A stretch of DNA of 64,000 nucleotides, taken from contig VGRX01000001.1 of assembly GCA_016875215.1 (NCBI GenBank), forward strand, positions 11,312 to 75,311, read 5' to 3'. The notes under the pieces are model-generated. The model was not told the DNA's origin and ran no database searches. It saw nothing but the letters and a program-made list of their open reading frames with translations. Shown here piece by piece: positions 1-8,306 of this stretch. Position 1 is the stretch's first letter. The number at the start of each line of letters is the position of its first letter. Position numbers and translations under genes: made by a program. Source of the stretch: Deltaproteobacteria bacterium (GTDB lineage: Bacteria; Myxococcota_A; UBA9042; CAIXZC01).

Positions 1-534
1 TCCCAGGCCGTCCCCCTGCTCGGGCCCCTCCCGCCCCACCATGAGCTTCTGGCCCACGTGCAGGAACTGGGTTACGCCCAGGGTCTCCAGCATGAGCGAC
101 GACATCTCCAGCAGCTCAGGCTCGTCCAGAGAGAGCCCGGCCAGTGCAAATGCACCCATCAGGCAGAAGCCGAACGCGCTGAAACGCTCAGTGGTCAGGC
201 GGGGGAACACGTTGTCCAGAAGCCGGGTCCGATGGTCCTGGATCCAGAATTGGAGTCGGGCATCGGGAGAAGGGTCGGTCGGCGCCATGAACGCCAGGGT
301 CCCCGCTGCCGTGAGTCCCGCGGCCGCCCAGTCCCGGCCATCCCAGTACACCACGCTGACGGTCGTTCCCGCCAGCGAGGAGAAGAAGCGGGGCACGATG
401 TGGGCCGGATAGCGCAGATCGTCCGACTTGTAGAAGGGGCGCCGGGCCTCGTTCCGCACCGCTCCGGCCTGGGTGGCCGCACAACCGGCTGCCACCGCCA
501 TCAGAAGCCCGATCGTCGCCAGCCGCAAGCCCAC
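1..534 (-). CDS. Partial (runs off left edge) PAP2-like phosphatase / membrane lipoprotein
   Basis: Manually translated from GTG at 534 with GGAGG RBS: MGLRLATIGLLMAVAAGC(lipobox)...hydrophobic helices...QKLMVGREGP, resembling the PAP2 C1 motif region. Not in the ORF track because it is open at the edge. Confidence 0.55.
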   Translation of the reverse strand, partial: MGLRLATIGLLMAVAAGCAATQAGAVRNEARRPFYKSDDLRYPAHIVPRFFSSLAGTTVSVVYWDGRDWAAAGLTAAGTLAFMAPTDPSPDARLQFWIQDHRTRLLDNVFPRLTTERFSAFGFCLMGAFALAGLSLDEPELLEMSSLMLETLGVTQFLHVGQKLMVGREGPEQGDGLG

Positions 535-669
535 GACGCCTCCCCATCGTTCCGCTCCGTGAGGATAGCGCCACGATTGTCCCCTGTCGACCCGCAAAAA
601 AGAACTTGCAGAGCGCCGCAGCCGGCGGCATGGTTGACACGTCACGGTCCATCGCTCACGGAGGATGCC

Positions 670-777
670 ATGGGAAAGCAGAAGGAAGTCAAGAAAGAGA
701 ACAAGAAGAAGCCGCAGAAGACCGCCAAGGAAAAGCGGCAGGAGAAGAAGGACAAGAAGGCCGGAAAGGGCGCATAG
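670..777 (+). CDS. Small lysine-rich protein (35 aa)
   Basis: GGAGG RBS then MGKQKEVKKENKKKPQKTAKEKRQEKKDKKAGKGA*; consistent AAG/GAG codon use. Confidence 0.7.
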   Translation: MGKQKEVKKENKKKPQKTAKEKRQEKKDKKAGKGA

Positions 778-914
778 CAGCTGGGTCGTCAGCCCCCCCT
801 CTCATCTTCGCGTTCGGGCAACAGCATGCGCGCTGTCCAGTTCGACTGGACGGCAAGGCTCAGGTATACTGCCGCCACCGTGCACCGGCACAAGCTGGTG
901 CACCCGGAGGTACC

Positions 915-3713
915 GTGTCACTTTCTCCTCTTGGAATCACCGTTCTGTGTGGCGTGCTCGTTCTCCTCGGGGGGTGCGGCTCTGAAAGCAACTGTCCGTT
1001 GCCCTCCTGCCAGGATGCGTCCCGTCAATGTCCCGACGCCGCCTCGTATCCTCCCGTGGGCAAGGATGCGCTGGAGCCCGACCTCCCCGGCGCCGATGCG
1101 ACAGGCATGGACGCCGCCCCGGAAACCGGTGCCGATGGACCGGCAATCGACGTTCCCCCGGCCTATCCCGCCCTCCGTCTGAACGAAATCAACTGCCATG
1201 GCAGAGACTGGATCGAGCTGGTCGGCGAATCGACTGCGGAGAGCGGCTTCCTGGCGGGATACGCAGTGACCGACGACCTCGACGACCCGGACGACCGCTT
1301 CTTCCTGGCCCCGGACGCGCTCCTGCTGCCGGGCGGCCGGTTGGTGCTTTCCCGCCAGACCGAGGATGAGGACGGCTTCCTGTTCGGAATCCGCTGCGGC
1401 CTGGACACGCTCTACCTCGTGGCACCGGACGAAAGCATCGCAGACGAGGTGAGCCCCGGGCTCGCCCCCGAAGGCCGGACCTGGGGACGCCTTCCCGATG
1501 CGACCGGAGGCTGGACCGTCACGGCCGCCACTCCGGGGGACCCGAACGAAGCGGGCCCCGACCTCGACGCCCTGGTCTTCAACATCGGTCGCGTGGCCAC
1601 CATCGACATCACCCTGCCGCCTTCTTCGGTGGACTCCCTGTGGAACGACCCGAGGACCTTCGTCCCGGGAACGTTCACATACCAGGCCGACGACTTCGAG
1701 TCGGGCGAGCTGCCGGTTGCGGTCCGAATCAAGGGGAAGTGGGGGTCGTTTCGCGACCTCAACGGCAAGGCGGCATTCCGGGTGCGCTTCAACTGGGACT
1801 CCCCCGAGGGCAACTTCCTCGGCCTCCAGAACCTGACCCTCAACAACATGGTCCAGGACCCGTCGATGATCCACGAGGTGCTGGCGTACCGCCTGTTCGA
1901 CGCGGTCGGGGTGAACGCACCCCGTACGGGCTATGCCTGGGTGCGGGTCAACGGCGCGGACTACGGCCTCTACCTCACGCTCGAGCGGTACGACGACGTG
2001 TTCCTGACCGGCCACTACCCTACGACGCAGCACCTCTACGAGGGGGAGTACGGAACCGACGTGGTCCCGGGCAACAGCACGGTGTTCGACGTCGACGAGG
2101 GAAGCGTGGAGGACCGGGAAGATCTCGAGACCCTGGCCGACGTGGCGTGGAACACCGAGGATTCCCACTGGATGTCAGCCATGGATGCAGTGGCCGACCT
2201 GGAACAGATGACCCGCATGTGGGCGGTCGAGCAGTTCATCGGCCACTGGGACGGCTACGCTCCTACCATCAACAACTACTTCCTCCACAGCGACGATGCC
2301 GGCCGGTTCGTCATGCTCCCCTGGGGAACGGACCAGACGTTTGCCGACTTCCGTGACTACTTCTCCGGCAGCGGCTACCTGTTCCAGCGCTGCATGGGCG
2401 TCGGCCAGTGCGGGTACACCTTCGTCATGGGTCTTGCACTGATCAGCGACGTGCTTCCCGGACTCGAGCTGGACAAGCTTGCGCAGGACCTGTCGGCATT
2501 GCTGGCACCCTATGCCGAGGCCGACCCGAGAAAGCCCTACTCGTTCGAGCAGGTGGGGCAGCACGTCGAGGCCACCCGGGATTTCCTGGTGAACCGCAAG
2601 ACCAACCTGGACGAGATCCTGGCCTGCTACCTGTCACCAGGCTATGACACGGACAACGACGGCTTCGGCTGCGGTGCCGACTGCAACGACATGGACCCGG
2701 ACATCCACCCTGGCGTGCCCGAGATCTGCGGCGACCAGGTCGACCAGGACTGCAACGGCTGGGTGGACGACGGCTACGACTGTCCCGATTGCAAAGAGGA
2801 GTACCGAGGGACTCACCGATATCTGATCTGTCCCGTCCCCCGGCCGCACTCCATGGCCGTCCAGCATTGCATCGACTATGGCAGTGCCCCCATCGTGCTC
2901 AACGACTTCACCGAGGAGCAATGGCTGCGCAGCCGCCTCCCGGCCTATCCGCTCGATACCCTCTGGCTCGGCCTGACCGACGAGGAAGAGGAAGGACACT
3001 TCGTATGGTGGGGCGGGCTCGAGCCGCCGTACGTGAGCTGGAACCCGGGCGAGCCCAACGACTGGGGTGGAGAGGATTGCGTCCAGCTCCTCGTGTGGGG
3101 CCAATGGAACGACCTGCCGTGCGATGCCGAGCTGCCGGTCGCGTGCGAGGACCCATGCCCTGAAGGGCTCGACATCGACGGCGACGGCTTCGGCCCTTGC
3201 GACCTCGACTGCGATGACGGGGATCCTACCGTGTATGCGTATGCACCCGAGATCTGCAATGATGGGATCGACCAGGATTGCTCCGGTGCGGACAACGACG
3301 CCCCCAACTGCCTGGGCGGCGACGCCAAACCGCTCCAGCCGATCATCAACGGCGACATCTTCTACTACCTGCCCGGCTCCATTTCCAGAGAGCTGGCCCG
3401 CCAGGTTTGCCAGACCCAGTTCTGGGGCGGGGATCTCGCCTGGTTCGAAACCAAGAAGGTCCAAGACCAGGTCCGGGCCGCGCTCGATGCGGTGGCACCG
3501 GGCAGCGAAGTGTGGTTCGGCCTCAACGATCTCGATGTCGAAGGGGCATACGTCTGGGCGGACGGCAAGCCAACGACCTACACCGACTGGGCCAATGGCC
3601 AGCCCAACAACAGCGGAGAGCAGGACTGCGTGCGCATGCTCGGCGACGGAAAGTGGAACGATACCGATTGCAAGAACCAGCATCCCGCAATCTGTCGGAC
3701 GGTGGCCCCGTGA
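915..3713 (+). CDS. Lipoprotein: lamin-tail-like domain + CotH kinase + MopE-like Cys/Asp repeats + two C-type lectin domains
   Basis: GTG after GGAGG; lipobox LLGGC; LRLNEINC..DWIEL; CotH motifs (RIKGKWGS, LTLNNMVQD, HWDGY..NNYFL, LPWGTD); DCNDMDPDIHPGVPEICGDQVDQDCNG; CTL motifs WLGLTD..GEPND..EDC..WNDLPC and WFGLND..GQPNN..DC..WNDTDC. Confidence 0.85.
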   Translation: MSLSPLGITVLCGVLVLLGGCGSESNCPLPSCQDASRQCPDAASYPPVGKDALEPDLPGADATGMDAAPETGADGPAIDVPPAYPALRLNEINCHGRDWIELVGESTAESGFLAGYAVTDDLDDPDDRFFLAPDALLLPGGRLVLSRQTEDEDGFLFGIRCGLDTLYLVAPDESIADEVSPGLAPEGRTWGRLPDATGGWTVTAATPGDPNEAGPDLDALVFNIGRVATIDITLPPSSVDSLWNDPRTFVPGTFTYQADDFESGELPVAVRIKGKWGSFRDLNGKAAFRVRFNWDSPEGNFLGLQNLTLNNMVQDPSMIHEVLAYRLFDAVGVNAPRTGYAWVRVNGADYGLYLTLERYDDVFLTGHYPTTQHLYEGEYGTDVVPGNSTVFDVDEGSVEDREDLETLADVAWNTEDSHWMSAMDAVADLEQMTRMWAVEQFIGHWDGYAPTINNYFLHSDDAGRFVMLPWGTDQTFADFRDYFSGSGYLFQRCMGVGQCGYTFVMGLALISDVLPGLELDKLAQDLSALLAPYAEADPRKPYSFEQVGQHVEATRDFLVNRKTNLDEILACYLSPGYDTDNDGFGCGADCNDMDPDIHPGVPEICGDQVDQDCNGWVDDGYDCPDCKEEYRGTHRYLICPVPRPHSMAVQHCIDYGSAPIVLNDFTEEQWLRSRLPAYPLDTLWLGLTDEEEEGHFVWWGGLEPPYVSWNPGEPNDWGGEDCVQLLVWGQWNDLPCDAELPVACEDPCPEGLDIDGDGFGPCDLDCDDGDPTVYAYAPEICNDGIDQDCSGADNDAPNCLGGDAKPLQPIINGDIFYYLPGSISRELARQVCQTQFWGGDLAWFETKKVQDQVRAALDAVAPGSEVWFGLNDLDVEGAYVWADGKPTTYTDWANGQPNNSGEQDCVRMLGDGKWNDTDCKNQHPAICRTVAP

Positions 3714-3722
3714 TAGGCAGTA

Positions 3723-3799
3723 GACAGTGGGGATATCCCACACAGCCCCGACCACGCAGCAGCGGACAGTGGGGATATCCCACACAGCCCCGACCACGC
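3723..3799. repeat. Two 35-bp direct repeats (period 42) each containing the palindrome GGGATATCCC; REP-like
   Basis: GACAGTGGGGATATCCCACACAGCCCCGACCACGC at 3723-3757 and 3765-3799. Confidence 0.9.
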
Positions 3800-3853
3800 G
3801 GGAGGGGCCCTCTGCGCACCGGCACGAACCGCAGGCTCTGGCAGGGGAAATAG

Positions 3854-4423
3854 ATGGACCTGGGCGCAGTATTCCTGGTTGCGGTGGCTCTCGGCGTGGA
3901 CGCCCTCGCGGTTGCCACGGCCATTGGCGTCAGTCTGGGCAGGATCTCCGGGAGACAGCTCTTCCGGCTCGGCTTTCACTTCGGCCTCTTCCAGGCGATG
4001 ATGCCCGTCCTCGGCTGGCTCGCCGGCGGTGCCGTCGCCGGCTTCGTAGGAGAAATAGACCACTGGGTCGCGTTCTCGCTGCTCGCATTCGTCGCTGGGA
4101 AGATGGGGTGGGAGGCGTTCGGCCACGAGCAGGAGCGACGGACCGATGCGGACCCCACCCGGGGCTGGACTCTCATCCTGCTGTCCGTCGGAACCAGCAT
4201 CGATGCCCTGGCGGTCGGCCTGAGCCTGTCCGTTCTCGGTCTGCCCATCGCGTTCCCCGCCCTGGTCATCGGGATCGTCTGTGCGGTCATGACGGTCGGC
4301 GGCATGCTGGTCGGCAGCCGCATCGGGCTCCGCTTTCCCCTGGCCCGGTTCGCAAACATCCTCGGGGCCCTGATCCTCCTGGGCATCGGCATACGAATCC
4401 TGTTCGAGCACGGAGCCTGGTAG
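3854..4423 (+). CDS. mntP: Manganese efflux pump MntP
   Basis: VALGVDALAVA, FGLFQAMMP, DHWVAF, TSIDALAVG motifs; 189 aa, hydrophobic. Confidence 0.92.
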   Translation: MDLGAVFLVAVALGVDALAVATAIGVSLGRISGRQLFRLGFHFGLFQAMMPVLGWLAGGAVAGFVGEIDHWVAFSLLAFVAGKMGWEAFGHEQERRTDADPTRGWTLILLSVGTSIDALAVGLSLSVLGLPIAFPALVIGIVCAVMTVGGMLVGSRIGLRFPLARFANILGALILLGIGIRILFEHGAW

Positions 4424-4645
4424 CTTCCCCGACGCACTGTCGCCTTGCCCCCGGGCGCATCCCCCTCTGGTCCATTTTTTCTACACGAGCGACACCGATG
4501 TCCTGGCCGGATGCGTGCATCGGCCCGTCCCGTGCAGACAGGATTGTCGACCCAGACAGCGAATGCCGCATCACCGCATTGCACAAGGCCCGGCGGCATC
4601 ACGACCACACTCGAGAATCCCCACGTCCGGAAAGTCCGCCTGGGT

Positions 4646-4661
4646 TGGCACGGGGGTTGCT
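4646..4661 (+). promoter_or_regulatory. Sigma-54 (-24/-12) promoter
   Basis: TGGCACG-GGGG-TTGCT, exact match to TGGCACG-N4-TTGCW, ~58 bp before ATG 4719. Confidence 0.8.
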
Positions 4662-4718
4662 TCAGGAAGCGGCGGTTTTGGCGGCAGTACACATCAACGC
4701 TCACAGCGGAGGACGGCA

Positions 4719-6323
4719 ATGATGAAGACATTGGCGAAAAGACGGTGGTCTGTCCTGGTGGTTCTGGCGGCAGCGCTGACGCTCACCTCGTGGCTCGGAT
4801 GCGACGGCATCGACCAGGGAGCGCTCGACAACGAGGAGGAGGTGGGGCGGCAGGAGCGCGGCCGCGACACCGGTTGGTACTGGCGTGAGAACGATACCGA
4901 CAGCGCAGGCAACCCGGTCTGGGAGTACCACCCTTTCTACTCCGAGGTCATCCTCTCCCCCGACGGGCTCAACCTGCTGGCCATGGTCCCGGTCCCTGGC
5001 CCGGACAAGGGCTATGACTCGCCCGGCATGATCCTGGCCGTCCAGCCGCTCCCATCGGGGCAGAAGCGGCTCTTCCCCGAGGTCAAGGACATCGCCCGGC
5101 TCAACTTCTCCCCGTCGGGAGACCGGGCCTACGCCCTCGCCAAGGACCTGGGCGGGCTCATCGTGGTGAACCTGCGCAGCTTCGTGCTCGAGAAGAAGGT
5201 GGATCTCCCGGCCCTGTTCGGCGTCGTGGACGTCACCCCCGACGGCAAGTACGCGATCCTCAGCAACCTGCCTGTGGGAGACTGGGCGGAGATGTTCTAC
5301 TCGCCCGATACCCAGACGTGCACTCCCTTCCAGCTCGAAGTCTCGGGCAAGGCGATGAACCACTGCCAGTTCGCGGTCGTCGACCTGGCCACCGGCGAGG
5401 TGAAGACCCACGTCCTCCCCTACCGGCTCCGGGACATCGACTTCTCCCCGGTCGGCGGCGAGGTCCTCTTCACCTACTCCTACTACCAGGAGACCCCGAC
5501 CCTGTTTCTGCCCCACGCGGTCGTGCAGTTCTACTCGCCGTCGCTCAACCAGTTCGTCACCGAGACCGACTTCCCCAACTGTGCGGACGAGCTGGTCATC
5601 GACCCGACCCGCAACGTCGCGCTCCTGAGCCCGACCACCTGCGAAACACCGACCAAGGAGGAGATGGAGCAGAAGCAGCACGACCCCATCTCGGTCATCG
5701 ACCTCGAGACCCGCTCCTTCGTCAAGAACCTGCCCGGCTTCGGGCCCGTAGTCATCGCATCCGACGGCTCTCATGCAGTCGGCTTCACCCGCCGGGACAA
5801 CATGGTCTCCGACTGGGGCTACACGTCCCAGAACACCGAGATCGGCCTCATCGTCGTCGACCTCGAGACCCTCTCGTGGAAGGTCATGGACTACGGAAAT
5901 GACATCCCCACCTATACCCTCTCCCCGGACGGCAAGAACCTGTTCGTCTACGCGGAGACGGACAATGCGCGCCGGCCCATGGGGGACGGACCCGAGGTGC
6001 TCGACCCCTCCGAAGGCATCATCCAGGTCAAGCTCCAGGACCTGTCGTGGAAGACCATCGCCAAGAGCGCCGCCATCGAGATGACCCGCTACGTATGGAC
6101 CGAAGATGGAAGCACCATGTACTTCTTCAGCAAGAAGGGGCTGTTCCGGCTCGACGCCGCAAGCGGCAAGATCAGCCCCATCGCGCTCTACGGGACCCCC
6201 ACGCTCATGAACCTGAGGCCGCAGCAGGACTTCCTGGTCCTCGGGGAGGCCGGGGAGCCGACGTTCTACCTTCTGGACCTCGCAAACGGCATGGAGCAGT
6301 CCTATCTGCCCGTCGGCCTGTAG
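4719..6323 (+). CDS. Secreted/lipoprotein beta-propeller (YVTN/WD40-like) protein
   Basis: GGAGG RBS, signal peptide ending WLGC; repeated blade motifs LSPDG, FSPSG, VTPDGK, IASDGS, LSPDGK, WTEDGS. Confidence 0.75.
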   Translation: MMKTLAKRRWSVLVVLAAALTLTSWLGCDGIDQGALDNEEEVGRQERGRDTGWYWRENDTDSAGNPVWEYHPFYSEVILSPDGLNLLAMVPVPGPDKGYDSPGMILAVQPLPSGQKRLFPEVKDIARLNFSPSGDRAYALAKDLGGLIVVNLRSFVLEKKVDLPALFGVVDVTPDGKYAILSNLPVGDWAEMFYSPDTQTCTPFQLEVSGKAMNHCQFAVVDLATGEVKTHVLPYRLRDIDFSPVGGEVLFTYSYYQETPTLFLPHAVVQFYSPSLNQFVTETDFPNCADELVIDPTRNVALLSPTTCETPTKEEMEQKQHDPISVIDLETRSFVKNLPGFGPVVIASDGSHAVGFTRRDNMVSDWGYTSQNTEIGLIVVDLETLSWKVMDYGNDIPTYTLSPDGKNLFVYAETDNARRPMGDGPEVLDPSEGIIQVKLQDLSWKTIAKSAAIEMTRYVWTEDGSTMYFFSKKGLFRLDAASGKISPIALYGTPTLMNLRPQQDFLVLGEAGEPTFYLLDLANGMEQSYLPVGL

Positions 6324-6426
6324 CGGCCCCCCCCCAAAACAGACCTCTTGAACATTTCGCCTGATGCTGCTAACGATCGGGCGTCATCGGCAGAAACGTT
6401 CACCGCCATCGGCGGAAGGAGGAATC

Positions 6427-7392
6427 ATGGCCGTCAGCTACAAGAAGATCGGGTTGGTCAACACGAGGGAGATGTTTGCCAAGGCCGTTGCGGGCGGCTA
6501 CGCCATCCCCGCGTACAACTTCAACAACATGGAGCAGCTCCAGGCAATCATCCAGGCCTGCGTCGAGGTCAAGTCGCCCGTGATCCTCCAGGTATCGTCC
6601 GGTGCGCGCAAGTACGCGAACCAGACCCTGCTGCGCTACATGGCCGAGGGCGCTGTCGAATTCGCCAAGGAGCTGGGAGGCAACATCCCCATCTGTCTCC
6701 ACCTCGATCACGGTGACACGTTCGAGCTGTGCAAGTCGTGCATCGAGACCGGGTTCAGCTCGGTCATGATCGACGGCAGCCACCACCCCTACGAGAAGAA
6801 CGTGGAGCTGACCCGCCAGGTCGTCGAGTACGCGCACCAGTTCGACGTGACCGTGGAAGGGGAGCTCGGCGTCCTGGCCGGCATCGAGGACGACGTCAAG
6901 GCCGAGAGCCACACCTATACCCGCCCCGAGGAGGTCCAGGACTTCGTCTCCCGCACCGGCGTGGACAGCCTCGCCATCTCCATCGGTACCAGCCACGGCG
7001 CGTACAAGTTCAAGCCGGGCACCAACCCGAAGATCCGCCTCGATATCCTCCACGAGATCGAGAAGCGCATTCCGGGCTTTCCCATCGTGCTCCACGGCAG
7101 CTCTTCCGTGCCTCCGGAAATCGTCGCGATGGTCAACAACTACGGCGGCAAGCTCAAGGATGCCATCGGCATCCCCGAAGAGCAGCTCCGTGAAGCGGCC
7201 CGCAGCGCAGTCTGCAAGATCAACATCGACTCCGACGGCCGCCTGGCCATGACCGCTGCCATCCGCAAGGTGTTCGTCGAGAAGCCTGACGAGTTCGACC
7301 CCCGCAAGTACCTCGGCCCCGCCCGCGACGCGCTCAAGAACCTCTACAAGCACAAGTGCGAGGCCGTTCTCGGCAGCGCCGGAAGGGCGTAG
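6427..7392 (+). CDS. fba: Class II fructose-bisphosphate aldolase
   Basis: AYNFNNMEQ, HLDHG, SSVMIDGS, VEGELG, IGTSHGAYK, VLHGSS, KINIDSD, FDPRKYL. Confidence 0.96.
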   Translation: MAVSYKKIGLVNTREMFAKAVAGGYAIPAYNFNNMEQLQAIIQACVEVKSPVILQVSSGARKYANQTLLRYMAEGAVEFAKELGGNIPICLHLDHGDTFELCKSCIETGFSSVMIDGSHHPYEKNVELTRQVVEYAHQFDVTVEGELGVLAGIEDDVKAESHTYTRPEEVQDFVSRTGVDSLAISIGTSHGAYKFKPGTNPKIRLDILHEIEKRIPGFPIVLHGSSSVPPEIVAMVNNYGGKLKDAIGIPEEQLREAARSAVCKINIDSDGRLAMTAAIRKVFVEKPDEFDPRKYLGPARDALKNLYKHKCEAVLGSAGRA

Positions 7393-7447
7393 AAGCCGGC
7401 CCAACGCCAGCGACTTGCAAGGCCGGTCTGTTGCTGATGCCGTTGCG

Positions 7448-7534
7448 GGACACGTCGGACGGCGCCGGTCGGACACGTCGGACACACGAAAGGAAGTCGG
7501 ACTCGTCGGACACGTCGGACGGCGCCAGTCGGAC
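7448..7534. repeat. Cluster of seven GTCGGAC heptamers, including a 27-bp unit repeated at 60-bp spacing
   Basis: GTCGGAC at 7454, 7468, 7477, 7496, 7505, 7514, 7528. Confidence 0.85.
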
Positions 7535-7565
7535 GAACGGCCGCTGGTGCGGGGATGAAGACGTA

Positions 7566-7746
7566 CCGTGGGTGCGGGCAACCCAACGGCCGATGCGCTT
7601 CCCGGGCCGTGAGTGGCGGACCAGCCCCGGGTTGGCCGGCAGGCCTACCCGGGGTGGAGCAGATGTGCCGCTGGTAAAGGAGGTAGATGGGCCGATGGTG
7701 CGGGCAACCCGACGGCCGATGCGGCGAGACTGACCGTGGGTGCGGG
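7566..7746 (+). repeat. 42-bp-period repeat family, locus A (core GGTGCGGGCAACCCRACGGCCG)
   Basis: Cores at 7571, 7697 (126 = 3x42 apart) and a partial core at 7739. Confidence 0.85.
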
Positions 7747-7777
7747 GGACCCCTCGCCACATCCGACTCCGCACTCA

Positions 7778-8140
7778 GCACGTCATCCTGACGCCCCCGA
7801 CACACGGCCCGCTCCCCTGGCTGTGCCTTTCTGGAGGAGGCGGAAGGACCTCGACCTGGGCCCCCGCACGGCCGCAGGTCCAGCGGGCAGTTCCTTCGCA
7901 CGGCCGCAGGTCCAGCGGCCGTTCCTCTGCACGGCCGCAGTTCCAACGGGCAGTTCCCCCGCACGGCCGCAGTTCCAGCGGCAGTTCCTTCGCACGGCCG
8001 CAGTTCCAGCGGCAGTTCCTCCGCACAGCCGCAGTTCCAGCGGCCGTGCGAACGCAAGAGAGGCCGGGGTCCTTCACTCCCGGCAGGACGGCAGATCTGA
8101 CTTCGCAGGCAGAAGGGCCGGGTCGCTCAGGATGACGTGC
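7778..8140. mobile_element. MITE/REP-like hairpin element with 14-bp terminal inverted repeats and an internal tandem array
   Basis: GCACGTCATCCTGA (7778-7791) / TCAGGATGACGTGC (8127-8140); inner IR 7843-7857 / 8061-8075 (13/15). Confidence 0.6.
7866..8044. repeat. Six tandem 31-32-bp repeats (GCACGGCCGCAGKTCCAGCGGCAGTTCC)
   Basis: Unit starts 7866, 7898, 7929, 7961, 7992, 8023. Confidence 0.92.
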
Positions 8141-8306
8141 CAAGCATGATGGCCGTTTGTTGCCCGCAACCCCAGCCCATCCGAACCTCCTTTGGGACTC
8201 GACCTAAGGCAATGATCCGCCAGATGACGAAGGGGCGGGCAAGGGCCGTTGCGGTCCTTGCCTTCCCAGGCAGCCGGAGAGATACTGTCGTCCAGGGAGG
8301 AAACCC

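Noticed and set aside
3800..3853. yybP-ykoY manganese riboswitch upstream of mntP
   Set aside because: No recognisable conserved elements and little space after the tandem repeat; an Rfam scan would settle it
7866..8044. 31-32-bp array as CRISPR
   Set aside because: Head-to-tail tandem units with no unique spacers
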